From the NCBI GenBank assembly GCA_964304625.1, contig OZ199840.1, forward strand, positions 10,301,220 to 10,365,219: DNA of 64,000 nucleotides, given 5' to 3'. The stretch comes from Kudoa neothunni. Its lineage: Eukaryota > Animalia > Cnidaria. Both the position numbers and the translations under genes were made by a program. The notes under the pieces are model-generated. The model ran no database searches and was not told where the DNA came from. It saw nothing but the letters and a program-made list of their open reading frames with translations. Position 1 is the stretch's first letter. Each line of letters opens with the position of its first letter. Shown in pieces: positions 28,590-41,269 of this stretch.

Positions 28590-29060
28590 AAATGTGGCGT
28601 GGTCAAATTTTTTGTGTATATGGTAAGGAGCTAAACACGTGAACATTGCCGTACAAAAGAAAATGCTTTCAAAGTTTCTTTTCGAAATTTCTCCAAAACA
28701 AAATATGTATTTTTTAATATGTTGTGGCGAGAAAACGCGCCTGATCAAGCAATATTTAAAGAAGTACCATATTTTTGAAGATATACTTTCAATACATGAT
28801 ATAGAGAAACCAACTACAAAATTAAGATTATTTGCCTTAGATAATGAATCTAATTGTTTTAAATTTTAGAGGAAGCTTTTTTAATTAAAATGTTGATTCC
28901 TAAATGGATAAAAATCGAAATTTATGTTACAGTTCCTCAACCCATATGCTAGGAATAATAAGTGTATTATTTTGTAACGTAATTAAATTTAAACAAAATG
29001 TCGAAATGTTAACTCCGAGTTTCGATCACAACCATAAGCCAGTTGTCGAACATTTGTGTT
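28590..29060 (+). mobile_element. Possible Penelope-like GIY-YIG 3' remnant
   Basis: Broken-frame TREH and ALDNESN..EAFLIK..P resemble the Penelope endonuclease C-terminus. Weak. Confidence 0.3.
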
Positions 29061-29649
29061 TCAGATAACAGTGGTCAAATTACAGCCAAGACGGCAGCCT
29101 CCTTATAGGATCACGTTTGTAATTTGTTGGGACCTGTCGCATATGGTATTTTAAATTATTATGGAGAATTTACGTACATAACAATCCGCCAATAAATTTA
29201 AGTTATAAACTCAAAGGTGTAATACATAAGCAGAAAGTGTTTCTAATCCTTAAGGAAAAAAACATTGCTTCAAATATATTTGTATGTGATTATATTTTAT
29301 TACAAAGGGTTTTACGTAGTAAACGATAACTCGTTAATATTTTTCAAACCATAACAATACCAAATATATTAAAACACAGAAATGCAAGAATGACTCATAA
29401 ATTTGAAAACCCTAGATTAAAGTTATATTTTATTAGGAATTTGTTTCTGTAAAGTCATAATTACAATTAATTTTTGGCCGCTTCCGTCTGACGATTCTAA
29501 CGCCTAATTTAACCTCCTTTGCTATATTGAACTATAACTATAACTGTAAGTGAAGTTACACTTGAAATGCAATCTCACTAAAACTATGGCTCTCAGACGG
29601 ATTAGACACACTAGTACGGAAATAGTAGATTATGTGCTAGCGTGGATTG

Positions 29650-32600
29650 AACCAATATTTTCGGATATTGGGTCCATCCAATAATTCAATATACCACTGG
29701 GTTATCTCTCCCCGATTGCTCATCTATAGATGATAAAGATTACCGCATCAATATAGGGAATAATAAAACGGCGGATAAATATCCAATATTGTCGAGGTTA
29801 ATGGCAGCCTATTTATAACTGTACTAATATTAATCTTTGTAGATATAACGTTTAGGAGAATTAGGATGAGTGTTTCTACGGTTGCATTTGATTCAACAAC
29901 ATCATAACAATAGAGTTATAAAAATAACTTCAAGTATACGTTAAAAAGGAACTCTTCTATGTTGTTAATATTGATATTGACAAACGCCATACAGGAGAAT
30001 ATAAAAGATTCAACTCATTTGTTTGTAGCGAAGTGACTATGATAGCGTCTCATTCATACCATGAAAATAGAAATATCGTGTTGAGATGTAGAGATGTAGA
30101 GATGATCTTTTTAAATATATCAATACAGCACATCGATTCCGTGATGCTTTGCAATACCCTCTGATCCACGTTTACTGAGAAAATGATTATCATTTTGAAA
30201 CACTTTAGGCTGAGATGGATAAAACGGTTACTTATATGGGGTTCTTTTCTTATTTTTTTATGGGGAGATAAAATGATTATAAAAAGTTGCGTCGGTTAAA
30301 TCATTGTTCCCACAATATCCTGTTGATATATATATATGCTAAAACATAATCGGAAAGACTTCGTTATGTTAGAACACACTAGTGAAAACTTCATATGGAC
30401 TCATACATTCATTTGAAGGAAGGCACCTCAATGATGGTCAAAATGGTAGACGTGACCAACATTGTATTGTACCTTCAGTTTGCTTTAAATGTTCTCCACG
30501 TTGTATGTACGAGAAAACACAAGGTGCAATGGCTTAAGTGAGATGCTATGGTCGCCTGACCTTTTCATTATCTTTACATGTAACCTTACTTGTCCATAAA
30601 TAATTCATTAATAGCCTTTTGGGCAGGCCTCAAAGGACCGACATGATAAAATGTCTCGTGTCTTTCAATTAAAGTAAAAAAAATTAATAAATTTGATTGC
30701 AAAGTTGAAAATCTTTGTTCAAGTCAATCACCGCACGTATACCGTTGAGTGGCAGAAGAGGGATAACCTTATTTTCGTAGTTTTATACTAATAAAGGAAA
30801 AGCTTCTATTAAACGATATCAAAATGTTTAAAATGGGAAAAGATACCAGATCCAACTTTATTCCGCATAATTAAAACCCAAAGGTTCCATGGTACCTTTG
30901 ATGTGGTAAATCCCGGCAGTCTCTGCATGAAAGACGGAAAAGGCACAATAAGTATCCAACAAATTTTCTCCACAGTGATATCTATCCACTTTACAGATGA
31001 AGAAATGGTTATGGTGGATTTGAATTTGATATGGGATAGAGTGAACATTGACAACAGATGGATTATTCCTTATTGTCTAGTTCTTCTAAAAATATTCAAT
31101 TTCCCTATTAATGTAGAATTTTGTAATTTAATTAAATCGATAAAGTATGTTTGAAAATACATAAAAAATCATGGGAGTGCTCTTATGTATTCATATAGTC
31201 AGGAATATAACAACAAGGAAGATACGACACATCGATGGGAGGATATATAAAAAGTAATGCAACCTTCTGGAGAATCTTTAGTTTCGATATCCCCCATCGG
31301 TGTTCCATTATCGAACCTTTAATAATACATCTAGAATATAACCAAATATTATATTATACAGATGAAACCCTGTTGTCCCAACTAGAAAATCCAAAATACA
31401 CCACATTAACGGCTTTCTAATGTCTGTAAAGTAGACGCCTTTGCTCAAACTCTTTTGTATAATCAAATATCGTACTATTACAGTTGGAAGAATAGCAAAT
31501 TGTTAAAAGAAAGATATTTGTTTCAGTGGATGGAAATCCGGGAATAAAATTTCATTTCACAACAGAAAAGTTTACATTGTTCATCCTAGTCAAAATGAAT
31601 GTTTCTATTTAAGAATGTCACTTCATGAAGTTAGGGGACCGACATGTTTCGGGGAGATTAGAAAAGTTGATGGATCGACATGTTTAACCCACAGAAAGGC
31701 ATGTGTGAAACGTCGATTTTCAAAAAATGATAATCAGTGGGAAAATACTGACTGAAACGACTATTCACTACGTTAATAAGAACGAGTGAGTTGAACTGCT
31801 CATATAATTATGGCAGGAATTTCGAAATAATTTGGAAGGTGGTTACCGACATTGATTACAAATAGCAAATCCTTATGTCTTAATTGAATTCAACGAATAA
31901 ATCTATAATATGTGTCTTATTGACATTGAAAACATACTCGTTGAAATGGGGGTGATTCTTAGCCGCATATGGATTTTCTCCTTCATATAGATTTTTCGGA
32001 AACCAGAATCTAACAGAAATCCAAAGAGAACTTGGTTACCATACAGGTTAATTTAAGAGAGTTTGTAACTCAGAACAAACCAAAATTATTACCAGAACAA
32101 GTCTAAGTTTTCATTTCGATAATACGAAGTGTTCACAACCATGCGAATAATCAAAACATCTTCCTTGCTGTACTCGATGGGACCGGGAAAACCTTTGTTA
32201 TCAATTTAATTCTTGATGATATACGAAATCAATCCGAAAGTGTTCCTTCTGTCACATCGTCAGGTATAGCTTTCCACCTTATTTCCAAGTGGATTGATAG
32301 CCTATAGTGTTGTGATTCCACTAAGCTTAAAGACTCAGAATTCTGCCCTCTAATGCAAGAAAGTCTACACTAAAGAAGTAGAAATAATTCATCCACATAG
32401 TCTACAACTGTTATCACACACATTATTATTTCTACCTACAATACGAACTATAATTACATATAGTAGTGTTATTCTATCACTTATTATAGCGTCGCATCTT
32501 TCCCGCAATCATAGCACAGCATTTTCAAGATAGCTTTGAAATAGCTAGATAATTAAATTGTGATATGTCGAATCAGTAAAGGCAATGGGTCTGCTGAATT

Positions 32601-33700
32601 ACTAAGGCATTGTTATGCTATCATCTGGGATAGATGTTCCATGGCTGATTGAATTATTCTAGATGCTCTTGATAATACTTCGAGAGTGTGAGACAAATCA
32701 ATGCATCATTCGGTGATGTTACAATGGTATTATGTGGGGACTGTGGTCAAATATTACCCGGAATTCCAAAGGGTGCTAATGGAGGCCAGATATTACTCTG
32801 CATAAAATCTAAAATCGTACCACTTATGGCGTTTACGGAAAAAGTTTTAACTTTTAAATGAATATGAGAGCATTTGTCCACAATAATAAAGAATCCGAAG
32901 ATTTTGATCGAATAATTTTAAAAAATGGTTACACCGAACTCCATTCTTTAACTCTGCATTCATTATCAAACCTGGTTCAATATTCTAACGATTTAACAGA
33001 AAAAGTTTGTCTGAATATTGTTTCAAACTTCTTTAATCCCCAATGGTTGTGCGAACGAGGAATTTTTGCTCCAACGAATAAAATTGTTAGCTAATTCGAC
33101 GAAAAAATGATCCGTCCCCCCTATTGGATGGAGAAAAGAATTTTAAATCATATGACTCTATGGTCTTATTTCTGAATCGGTCACAACCAATCGAATTTTT
33201 GAAAAACAAATCTATTTCTGATGTGCCGTCCGCTCAAATTGATTTTAAAAAGGGAGGTGGCTAGCACGGTAAATAATATTCAGCTGACACTAGTTTTTCC
33301 TATATTTAATTATTTCTGCCCCCTAAGAGCGTAGCGGTGGGCATAAAATAACTAAATACAGCAGATTCTAAAAAATTAAAAATGTAAACATCTTTTAAGA
33401 AAGAGTTCGTGACATTAAAAATTTTGAGTGATCAATTGTACATGCCATTTGGGATTAAATTTTACCGAGCCAGTAGTCTCTGCCATTTAAAAATAGGGAC
33501 CCCAATCATGCTGATTAAGAATCTGGATGCATCTCGCCTTTGCAACATCACCTTGTAGATTATTAAACCATGTATGTCGTATCTTATAAAGGCAAGTATA
33601 ATGACAGGTCGGACTGAGAATGAAGATGTGTATATTCCAAGAATACCAATTATTCCGTCTGACTGCCCAATTAATTTCCAGAGGCTGCAATTTATTGAAT
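29650..33700 (+). pseudogene. Helitron Rep/PIF1-helicase, heavily decayed, with two internal insertions (~32297-32510, ~33251-33485)
   Basis: Motifs in the expected order across frames: DALQYPL, YGRPDLFIIFTCN, TVEWQKRG, DNRWIIPY, NVEFC..SIKYV, GTGKTF, SSGIA, IIWD, GD.GQILP, APTN, LKIGTPIML, IPRIP. Confidence 0.9.
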
Positions 33701-33999
33701 AAAACCATCATGGCTTCCCAATATAATACCAATAATGAAACCATGAGAAATTAACCGCTCAATATTTGCGTCAAAATATAAACCCAAAAACTAAAGAATA
33801 ATCTGCAAACTACATCTACTTCTATTTCGGACAAAGGATAGGTTATTTCGATCGACCAGCAAGTGGTATCGTTGAATAAAAACTTGGGCGTAACTATGAA
33901 AGGTTCTGATAATTTTTTTAAAAATTAGCGTAAAACGGCTAGTTTTTCCCCACACCAGAAATATTTTTGGTTATAAAATGTTTAAAAATAAACTAATAC

Positions 34000-36700
34000 A
34001 TTGCATATTAGAATCCCTCGGGTATTCTAATACGACAAAGGGAAATGTTCTATTAAAGAGTTTAAACAAATATTATTGGCAATTAATTATCAACAATGAA
34101 TGCTATTAAGTACCCTGAGGTAGTAATGAATTACAATATTAATATATAAACGATTACTATCTGTGGGTTAACGATTGCATTATTGTCATAATGTCATGTC
34201 TATCCGCTCCAACAACCTTAACAAGGATGTTTTAGTTTTAAATCATAGATTGGTGGTTTATATGAATAAAAATGATACTAATGAAATTAATATGGGTAAA
34301 CCTGCGAATATAGTGACAACAAAAATATGAAATAACCAACTTATTCAACAATTATATAAAAGAATTAAGGTTTTAGAAACTGTGAGAAAGATATTGATGT
34401 GATTTGATTATATAATAATTGTCATAATAGAAAATCTGTTTTAAAAATAACTTTTACGCGTGATAAACATTCTTGTCTGTTATTATTGCACTATACGTTT
34501 GAAGAAAAAGCTGACAAACCATGGATTGGCATAGATTTTAGTCAAAAAATAATGAAAATACATAACTTAAATCTTATGGTTGTAATGAAATGTTCAATTC
34601 TATGGGAGTTGTTTTCGGGGAGACAAGAAGGGGTTAAAATCCTTGATGTATCTTACTTCCACTCGAGTTATGGATTGAAAAAGTGGAAACAAAATTCTAG
34701 ATCGTTGATAAATTATTGTATGATTCCTTAAAAAATTGAATGTAAATAGGGATGATAGAGAGAAATGTTTGGATTAAGAAATATAATGAATCATCGAAAT
34801 CGAAGCTAGTAAAGTGTGATGAAAATAAATAATATAATCAAACATCTAGTCAATGTTGGACAAAATATACCCATTAGTTATGACGGACGAATAATCACTC
34901 ATCAAGTGAAGAATATAATGAAAGAAATTATTAAAGAATTGTTAATATGTTAGAGCGTGGAATGATTGAAGATACATCTGCAGGGAGCTCGAATGTAATC
35001 ATGGTTCCAAAGAAAAATCATAAGTTTCAATTATGTATTGATATAGAACACTAAATAATAGAATTTTCAAAGATGTCTAACTTTTATCACGTATTGACGA
35101 TATACTTGATATGATTGGAGCTTTTAAGTATATAACGATAATTGATATGTAGGATGATTACAATCAGATTCAAATTGTGACTATGTTAAACATAATACAG
35201 CTTTCCATTACGTTAGCAGTATGTGTCAATACAAGATCATGACGTTTAGGCTTTGTAATGCATCTGATATTTTCCAACAATTACGAATCCAGTAGATTCA
35301 TGGGAATAAAACTTTTATTCCTTTAGAGATGATACAATAACCTTCAAAAGGACTTTAAAATCATGCGAACGACGCGTAAAAGACAGTATGGGTGTATTAA
35401 GTAGTGCATATCCGAAAATAAATGGTAGAAAACTTATATTTTCCATAACCCCTTGTAAAATATTAAAATATCCGGTTCAGAAATTTCAGATGACAAAATT
35501 ATCAGACGATATAGAAAAATGTAAGTTATTAAAAGTTGGGCATATATAGAAAATATATTTCCTGGATTAGTGAATTATAATAAAAGAATAACAAATGTAT
35601 TTGGAGAATAAAGAAAGAATTTCAATGGATATTATTAATCATTTACAAAAAATTATTAATGGAAATGGATTTATCTGTGGGCTTCAAGGATATTTTACCA
35701 AACAGGTAGAAGCATTTGCACATAAATCGATAAAAGCTTCCGTTAGTAAAAAACGTGTTACGAATGTATTTGTTAGGTATGTTTGACCGAAAATTATTCA
35801 TTTTGACCTTGAGACAAATTTAGATCGTAAATTGTTTCATGATATGTATCACAGTTGATGGATATAAAATAGTCTAGAAGGTGGCCATATAAACGAAATC
35901 AGATGGAAAGATTAAATAGGACAGTTCGATAAATTCTAAGTAAATTCGTGAAAAAACACGACGGCTTGGACGAAATAAATCTTGTCACAACGGTTTACCG
36001 AGCAACAGCCCTAAGGCTTCGAAATATACTCCCAATTTTCCAAGACCTGGTGAGGAGATGGGTATTTCAATAGATATGTTGCTTGACAATTCCAAAGTAC
36101 TCAGTAATTTTTATCATTATGTTGAACGTCTCAAAATGAATGACGAAACTTCCCATAACAATTTTGAGACGAAAAGTTAAACAAAAATTGTTTCGGTTTA
36201 GTTAAGGAAGCATATTACAAAAACATTTGAGCAACAGTATAATGCTGATGATAAAGATTGGGTTGTGATTAATGTATGGAATAACAAGATGGGTCCTTAT
36301 TACGTAAGAAAGACTTGTGATAAAAAGACGAATTCCGGATTCAGCATACCGGTTAGAGCAAAATGGATAAATAATAATAACTCACTCTGACGAAATAAAA
36401 TTATTAATGGGAAGAAATGTTAATAAAACGGTAAATGAAAAATGACTTGTGTAATTATAAAAAAGAGGGAGTAATACCATATATTTAGGAAGCTCTAATA
36501 AGATCTAACTGAACGACCATACAAAAATCTCCAGATGCCACTAATGATAGTTAGAGGTCATTAATCGATAATACTAAAACCTTCTAGAATATTTTAGAAC
36601 AAATAATTAATGTATAAAAAACATGACTCAATGTGTGGATTAGTTTGTTATGATATAGTCATGCAAACTAGTTAAACAACACTAACAACCATTTTTCTAC
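34000..36700 (+). mobile_element. Ancient Ty3/Gypsy remnant
   Basis: RT relics (VPKKN..LCID, RIDDILD, GLCNA-like) at 34950-35300, integrase relics near 35700-36000, and a polypurine tract AAAAGAGGGAG at 36461. Boundaries approximate. Confidence 0.65.
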
Positions 36701-37354
36701 CTATATACATAATAATGAGTTACTATGTGGACACACATAGATAAGTAATATGATAAAAGAGATGATTGTTAGCGGTAACAATATATTCTAGTGCTGTATT
36801 CATGATTTTTTCAAAAGAGGTTTACACGAAACAATAATTGCCAAACCTAGTGACTCAACTAATTTATATTTAAACGCGCAAACTAACGAATATATCTGAT
36901 TCTATACACTTCAATATACAATTTATCTTTTTTTATTATTACCTGTTAAATATAGAGATAATTCTTAACTAAAGAATCGTGTGCACATTGACTTATGTAT
37001 TTTGCGTATTCCAAAAAGAATCCAAAATTGCTTCGCGATATCCATATTTAGTGCAAGCGGTTTCTAGATAAAAAATGTTTTTATTCCGTTCTAAAAAAAG
37101 ACAGGCACTATTGACCCTAACTTTTTTAAATATGCATCTATCTTTCCACAATTAAAATTAAACTTTGAAATCCAATTACTGATGTATTTAACGTAGTCAA
37201 AAAAAGGGAGATTAAAATCGCTACACAATATTCTCAAGTCACTTTATTTTGTTTAGTTATTAGTATTTGTTAATTTATGAGCGTATCATAAGCAACATAA
37301 TTTTTTGGATTAATTCGAGAAATAAATTTTTAAATGTATTAATTTTTTTGTTTA

Positions 37355-37765
37355 CAAAGTAAAACCCCTGGCGAAACTTCTTAGGTTGTCGAATTCTGGT
37401 TGATCAGACCTCTTCCATTAACGCTTTAGGCACCACAGGACGTAACATGCAACCCCGTCGCTTATCTTTATGCGGTAATGTGGGACTTTAACCCACTAAA
37501 CATCCTCGTCTCAGGGCGACCACCACCCCAAACCCAATCCCTTTAAGGACGTTGGCTCTGCGGGAACTACAAATTACTTTGCTTTTCGACGGGTTCCGGA
37601 GATTCAAACTCCTATTCACGCAAATCTGGCTGCCAGTGCATCCCACTCCACAGCGAGCGTACACTTTAACCACAGCTCCCATATATGGGATAGACACCCA
37701 CAGGAGGATTCAAACCCATTACCTCAAGGTTCTTAGTCCGTGTCACACCGATGTGCTATCTGTCC
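37355..37765 (-). mobile_element. tRNA-derived SINE-like element with two tRNA-like modules
   Basis: Head GGACAGATAGCACATCGGTG..GGTTTGAATCC; second module GTGGTTAAAG..GAGTTTGAATCTC; GC-rich relative to its flanks. Confidence 0.55.
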
Positions 37766-38292
37766 ATGGCTTTAAAAAAAGAGAATCCTACAACGCTGTG
37801 TTCAGGGAATAGCAATTTCATTGAGATATAAATTATTCTTATCTGATTATAAACACCAAAAAATTTAACGAATATTTTCCATTAAATAGTTATTGTTAAA
37901 AAATCATAGCTTATTTTAATAATATGGGAAATATTATTAAAAATTTAATTTTTCCGTAGAATTTACACCATTTAAGTTGTATCTATCAAAACGAATATGT
38001 TAAATCCTAAAATTTCTAAATACATTATTATTCGAGTATTATTTAAGACAGTGACAAATTAAAAATTAACAAAAATGTTAAGCGATAAATTGAACATTCA
38101 CAAAATTTTAATAAAATCAATTTGAAAATAATTCACTTAAACTTGAAGATATATTCAATATTCTAAGGAAATAATGTAAACAACTTTATTAAAATAATAT
38201 TAAAATTTTGAATTTTTATTTTATTAATATAAAATACACAATTTAGTGCAAACAGAATCGAACAGTGGATAATAAAATTATTTGTTGATAAA

Positions 38293-40395
38293 TTAATGCC
38301 TATATTGATGAAGCGTAATGGATGCTAAGAAATTTCGCAGAATTCTTGATCTTGACATTTTAATGAAAAACCATTTACAAATGATTATTGTAGAAACAAA
38401 AATTATGCCAAAAGCTGCGCAAATTCCCATTGCCTTCAGATTTGGCTTGGATGTTGTGGCTGTTGTATGATGTGGAGTAATGCTATTAATGACCAATGTC
38501 GATGATGTCTCGGAATCAATTTGTCTTTTATTATTACATATATTCGATTATATTCATTATTTCAAAATATACGAATCGTCAGAGTAACCTTCTTCCCCAT
38601 CCCAAATAACTCCAAATCTTGGGTCTGCAAACATTAATTTTTTATTCATCGCGTGAGGATTAAGACTTAATAATTATTTTGAAACTAGAAAATATAAAGT
38701 ATATACCTGTGTTCAATTTTCACGTTCTTTCCGTTATAGCCTAATACCTGTTCTAAAACAACTCTCAAATAAACCGACTGAAAAACATGCGAGATCTTTT
38801 CCTTTGTTCTGTATAAAATAAATCTAATGTCAAAAAATCTTTATATAAAAAGGAAACTTCAGTTTTAGTTGGGTCTATATTGCATTCTCTTGATTTAATT
38901 TGTTCAAGGTTAAACAGAATGTCACTTTTCATATCCTCCTGCTTAATCACGTCAGTGAAAAGCTATATAGAATAGTGAAAACCGATTAATTGCTGAAGCA
39001 ACCCTAAAAAACAATGTACCATTAAATTATTATATGAAGGTAAAGAGAGTGGTAGATTAATTCCAGAAAAGTTCGCCATTTCTGAGGAATCTTGACTAGT
39101 CAATTTTTGCTTTATAATATCAATGATTAACTCTTGGCAAATTTGTTCGTTGAATAACCCCACAACTTCAACTGGATCGACCAATCCAAAGTCTTTCACA
39201 CACATACTATTAGTTTTATTGGGATCTAACAATTTTTTTTTATTTGTAGCCATACAAGGATTTATCATGTGATGCTTATCATTTGATTTCTAAGTTTTTA
39301 TTATATTTATATAAAACATTTTATAATATTGTAGGATACTTGTGATAGTTTTGCGTTGATGAGATAACTAGCTTCCGTTGGCGAGGCACAAAGGAAACTA
39401 TTAGAAACAATCGAATATTCGTTGGTTCTGTATTGAATGTTATGAGTGGGTAATTCTGGTGGTTGTTGTGGTCCCTCAGCAAAATATCCTATAAATAGCA
39501 CGTCTTTTCTAAATATTACGGATATCTCTTTAATTATTTCCTATAATCAGTTATATATGCATAACAAATAACAAACTTGTTTTTCAATGTTAAAGTTTGT
39601 GGCGCCAAAAGTAAACTGATCGCTTAGTGTATTGCTATAAAATTCTGTCGGTTTCACATTTTTAAGGGTCAAATATTTTCGGATTATTTCTGAATCCGTT
39701 TGCCTAATATTTTCATATTCCTCCTCATTCAATCTATTGGATCCATAATTATGAGCAATAAATTATGCAGTAGAATGAGTGATACTTTTCTTGTAACTCG
39801 ATTGAGTATAAAATTTTGAGGAGTATTCGTTTGTTAGGGATTCCAACAAAGTGTGACTTTCCCTGTATATCAGTCAGAGCTTTTTGGATATCCACATCTA
39901 AAATAAAATATTATAATTTCTTCCAATAATTCAGGAGGAAAAAATAACTGGTCAACAATATGATGAGATTTAAAATTTGTTATTATAATAATTTAATGGA
40001 TGAACAAAAACTTTAAATTTAAATAAAAATTATCATAAATAAAGTATATTTTAATAAAATGTCGGTGTAATCGTTATTGTTTGATTTGTCCAAAGATTAC
40101 ACACGTTGAAATTTGTGCCATTTATCATATATGATTCCATATAGTGAAACTGGTTTTTGCGATTTAGGCAGATATTTATAACTTGTCGTTAATAGCGAGT
40201 CAACATCCCTTAGTATGATTATTCCATACTAAAAGCAATTTAATAATACACAATGCATTATATTTACTTTAGCGATATCATCACAACATACTTTACTCAA
40301 GTGAACTACTATGATCGGCCACAATAAATTAACTAACACAAAAATTTTTCCTATTTAATAAGATAAAAAAGTTACTACAACGACTATACGTACAT
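38293..40395 (-). CDS. CD39/NTPDase-like inactive surface protein, paralog A (11 exons; two +1 homopolymer frameshifts, so pseudogene or assembly error). Exons 40394-40395, 40268-40350, 40105-40228, 39786-39897, 39577-39733, 39340-39540, 39020-39289, 38858-38962, 38707-38808, 38573-38665, 38293-38524
   Basis: YGIIILRDVD (ACR1 position), YSIVSNSFLC, NPC, SMCVKDF, GLFNEQIC, NFSGINLP, ADPRFG, S/T stalk and TM. Exon sizes match paralogs B/C except one extra base each in exons 2 and 9. Confidence 0.8.
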
Positions 40396-41269
40396 TGTGG
40401 ATGATTGTTTACTACAAGGTTATAACTTATAGGTTATAACCTATTGGATTAGCACCAAATTATATAAAATTTATCAAGGTTCATCCTTGAGACACAGATT
40501 TATATAACAAACGCTTGTTCATATTTATATCTAGTTTGTTGTTACCTGAAATAATTTATACAAATCCAAAAATTCCATATATCTTAATGTTGTTTAATTT
40601 ATTATGTCTTTGAAAAGTCCTATGATCTAAATTTGTCACTAGAGTGACATATAGCATAATAACGAATAATAAAATTAGATTTGATCCTGAAAACATAGTG
40701 AAAATATTGTTGAATTTAAATCAAGTCTTAATTTAAATATTTTGAGCATATATATCGTTAAACTTGCAATTGTCTGAAATCTAATCCTTTTCGTTGTGTT
40801 AGGTCTATTATACACCTTTTCTTTAATCCAAATTATATAAAAATTATAATAAATAATTTTATAATTTATGAAATATACCTATAAATAAAATATTGAGAGA
40901 TGGCACAAATATAACATTACTGGTTGTTTATCACTTGTTGTGGTAAAGGGGTTAATCTGATGTTAATTCATAAACAATTTAAAACCACAAATCGCATCAT
41001 TTCGTAGATTTTTGTTGTTTTTGAATTTCTGAAACATTGCTTACTCTAAGTGAGAAATAATTTAATTTATGTAACAGTAAACCGTTAAGTATTATGATGT
41101 ATTTCGTAGATTGATTCTTAATCTTTCTTCCTCGCAGAGTCCTAATGTTTTTATTGGACTCACCACCGATCCCGTCTTGTTTTAATGCATAATCCAACCA
41201 TACATATAGATATTTTACCTTTCCGTTCCCATTGCTCACTTTGCCCCTCTAAGCTACGTAACAATACCA

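Noticed and set aside
40560-40696. Signal-peptide-like ORF MFSGSNLILLF..IYGIF upstream of paralog A as a fourth copy
   Set aside because: Stops after ~46 codons with no family exon structure; paralog A's real 5' exons are at 40105-40395.
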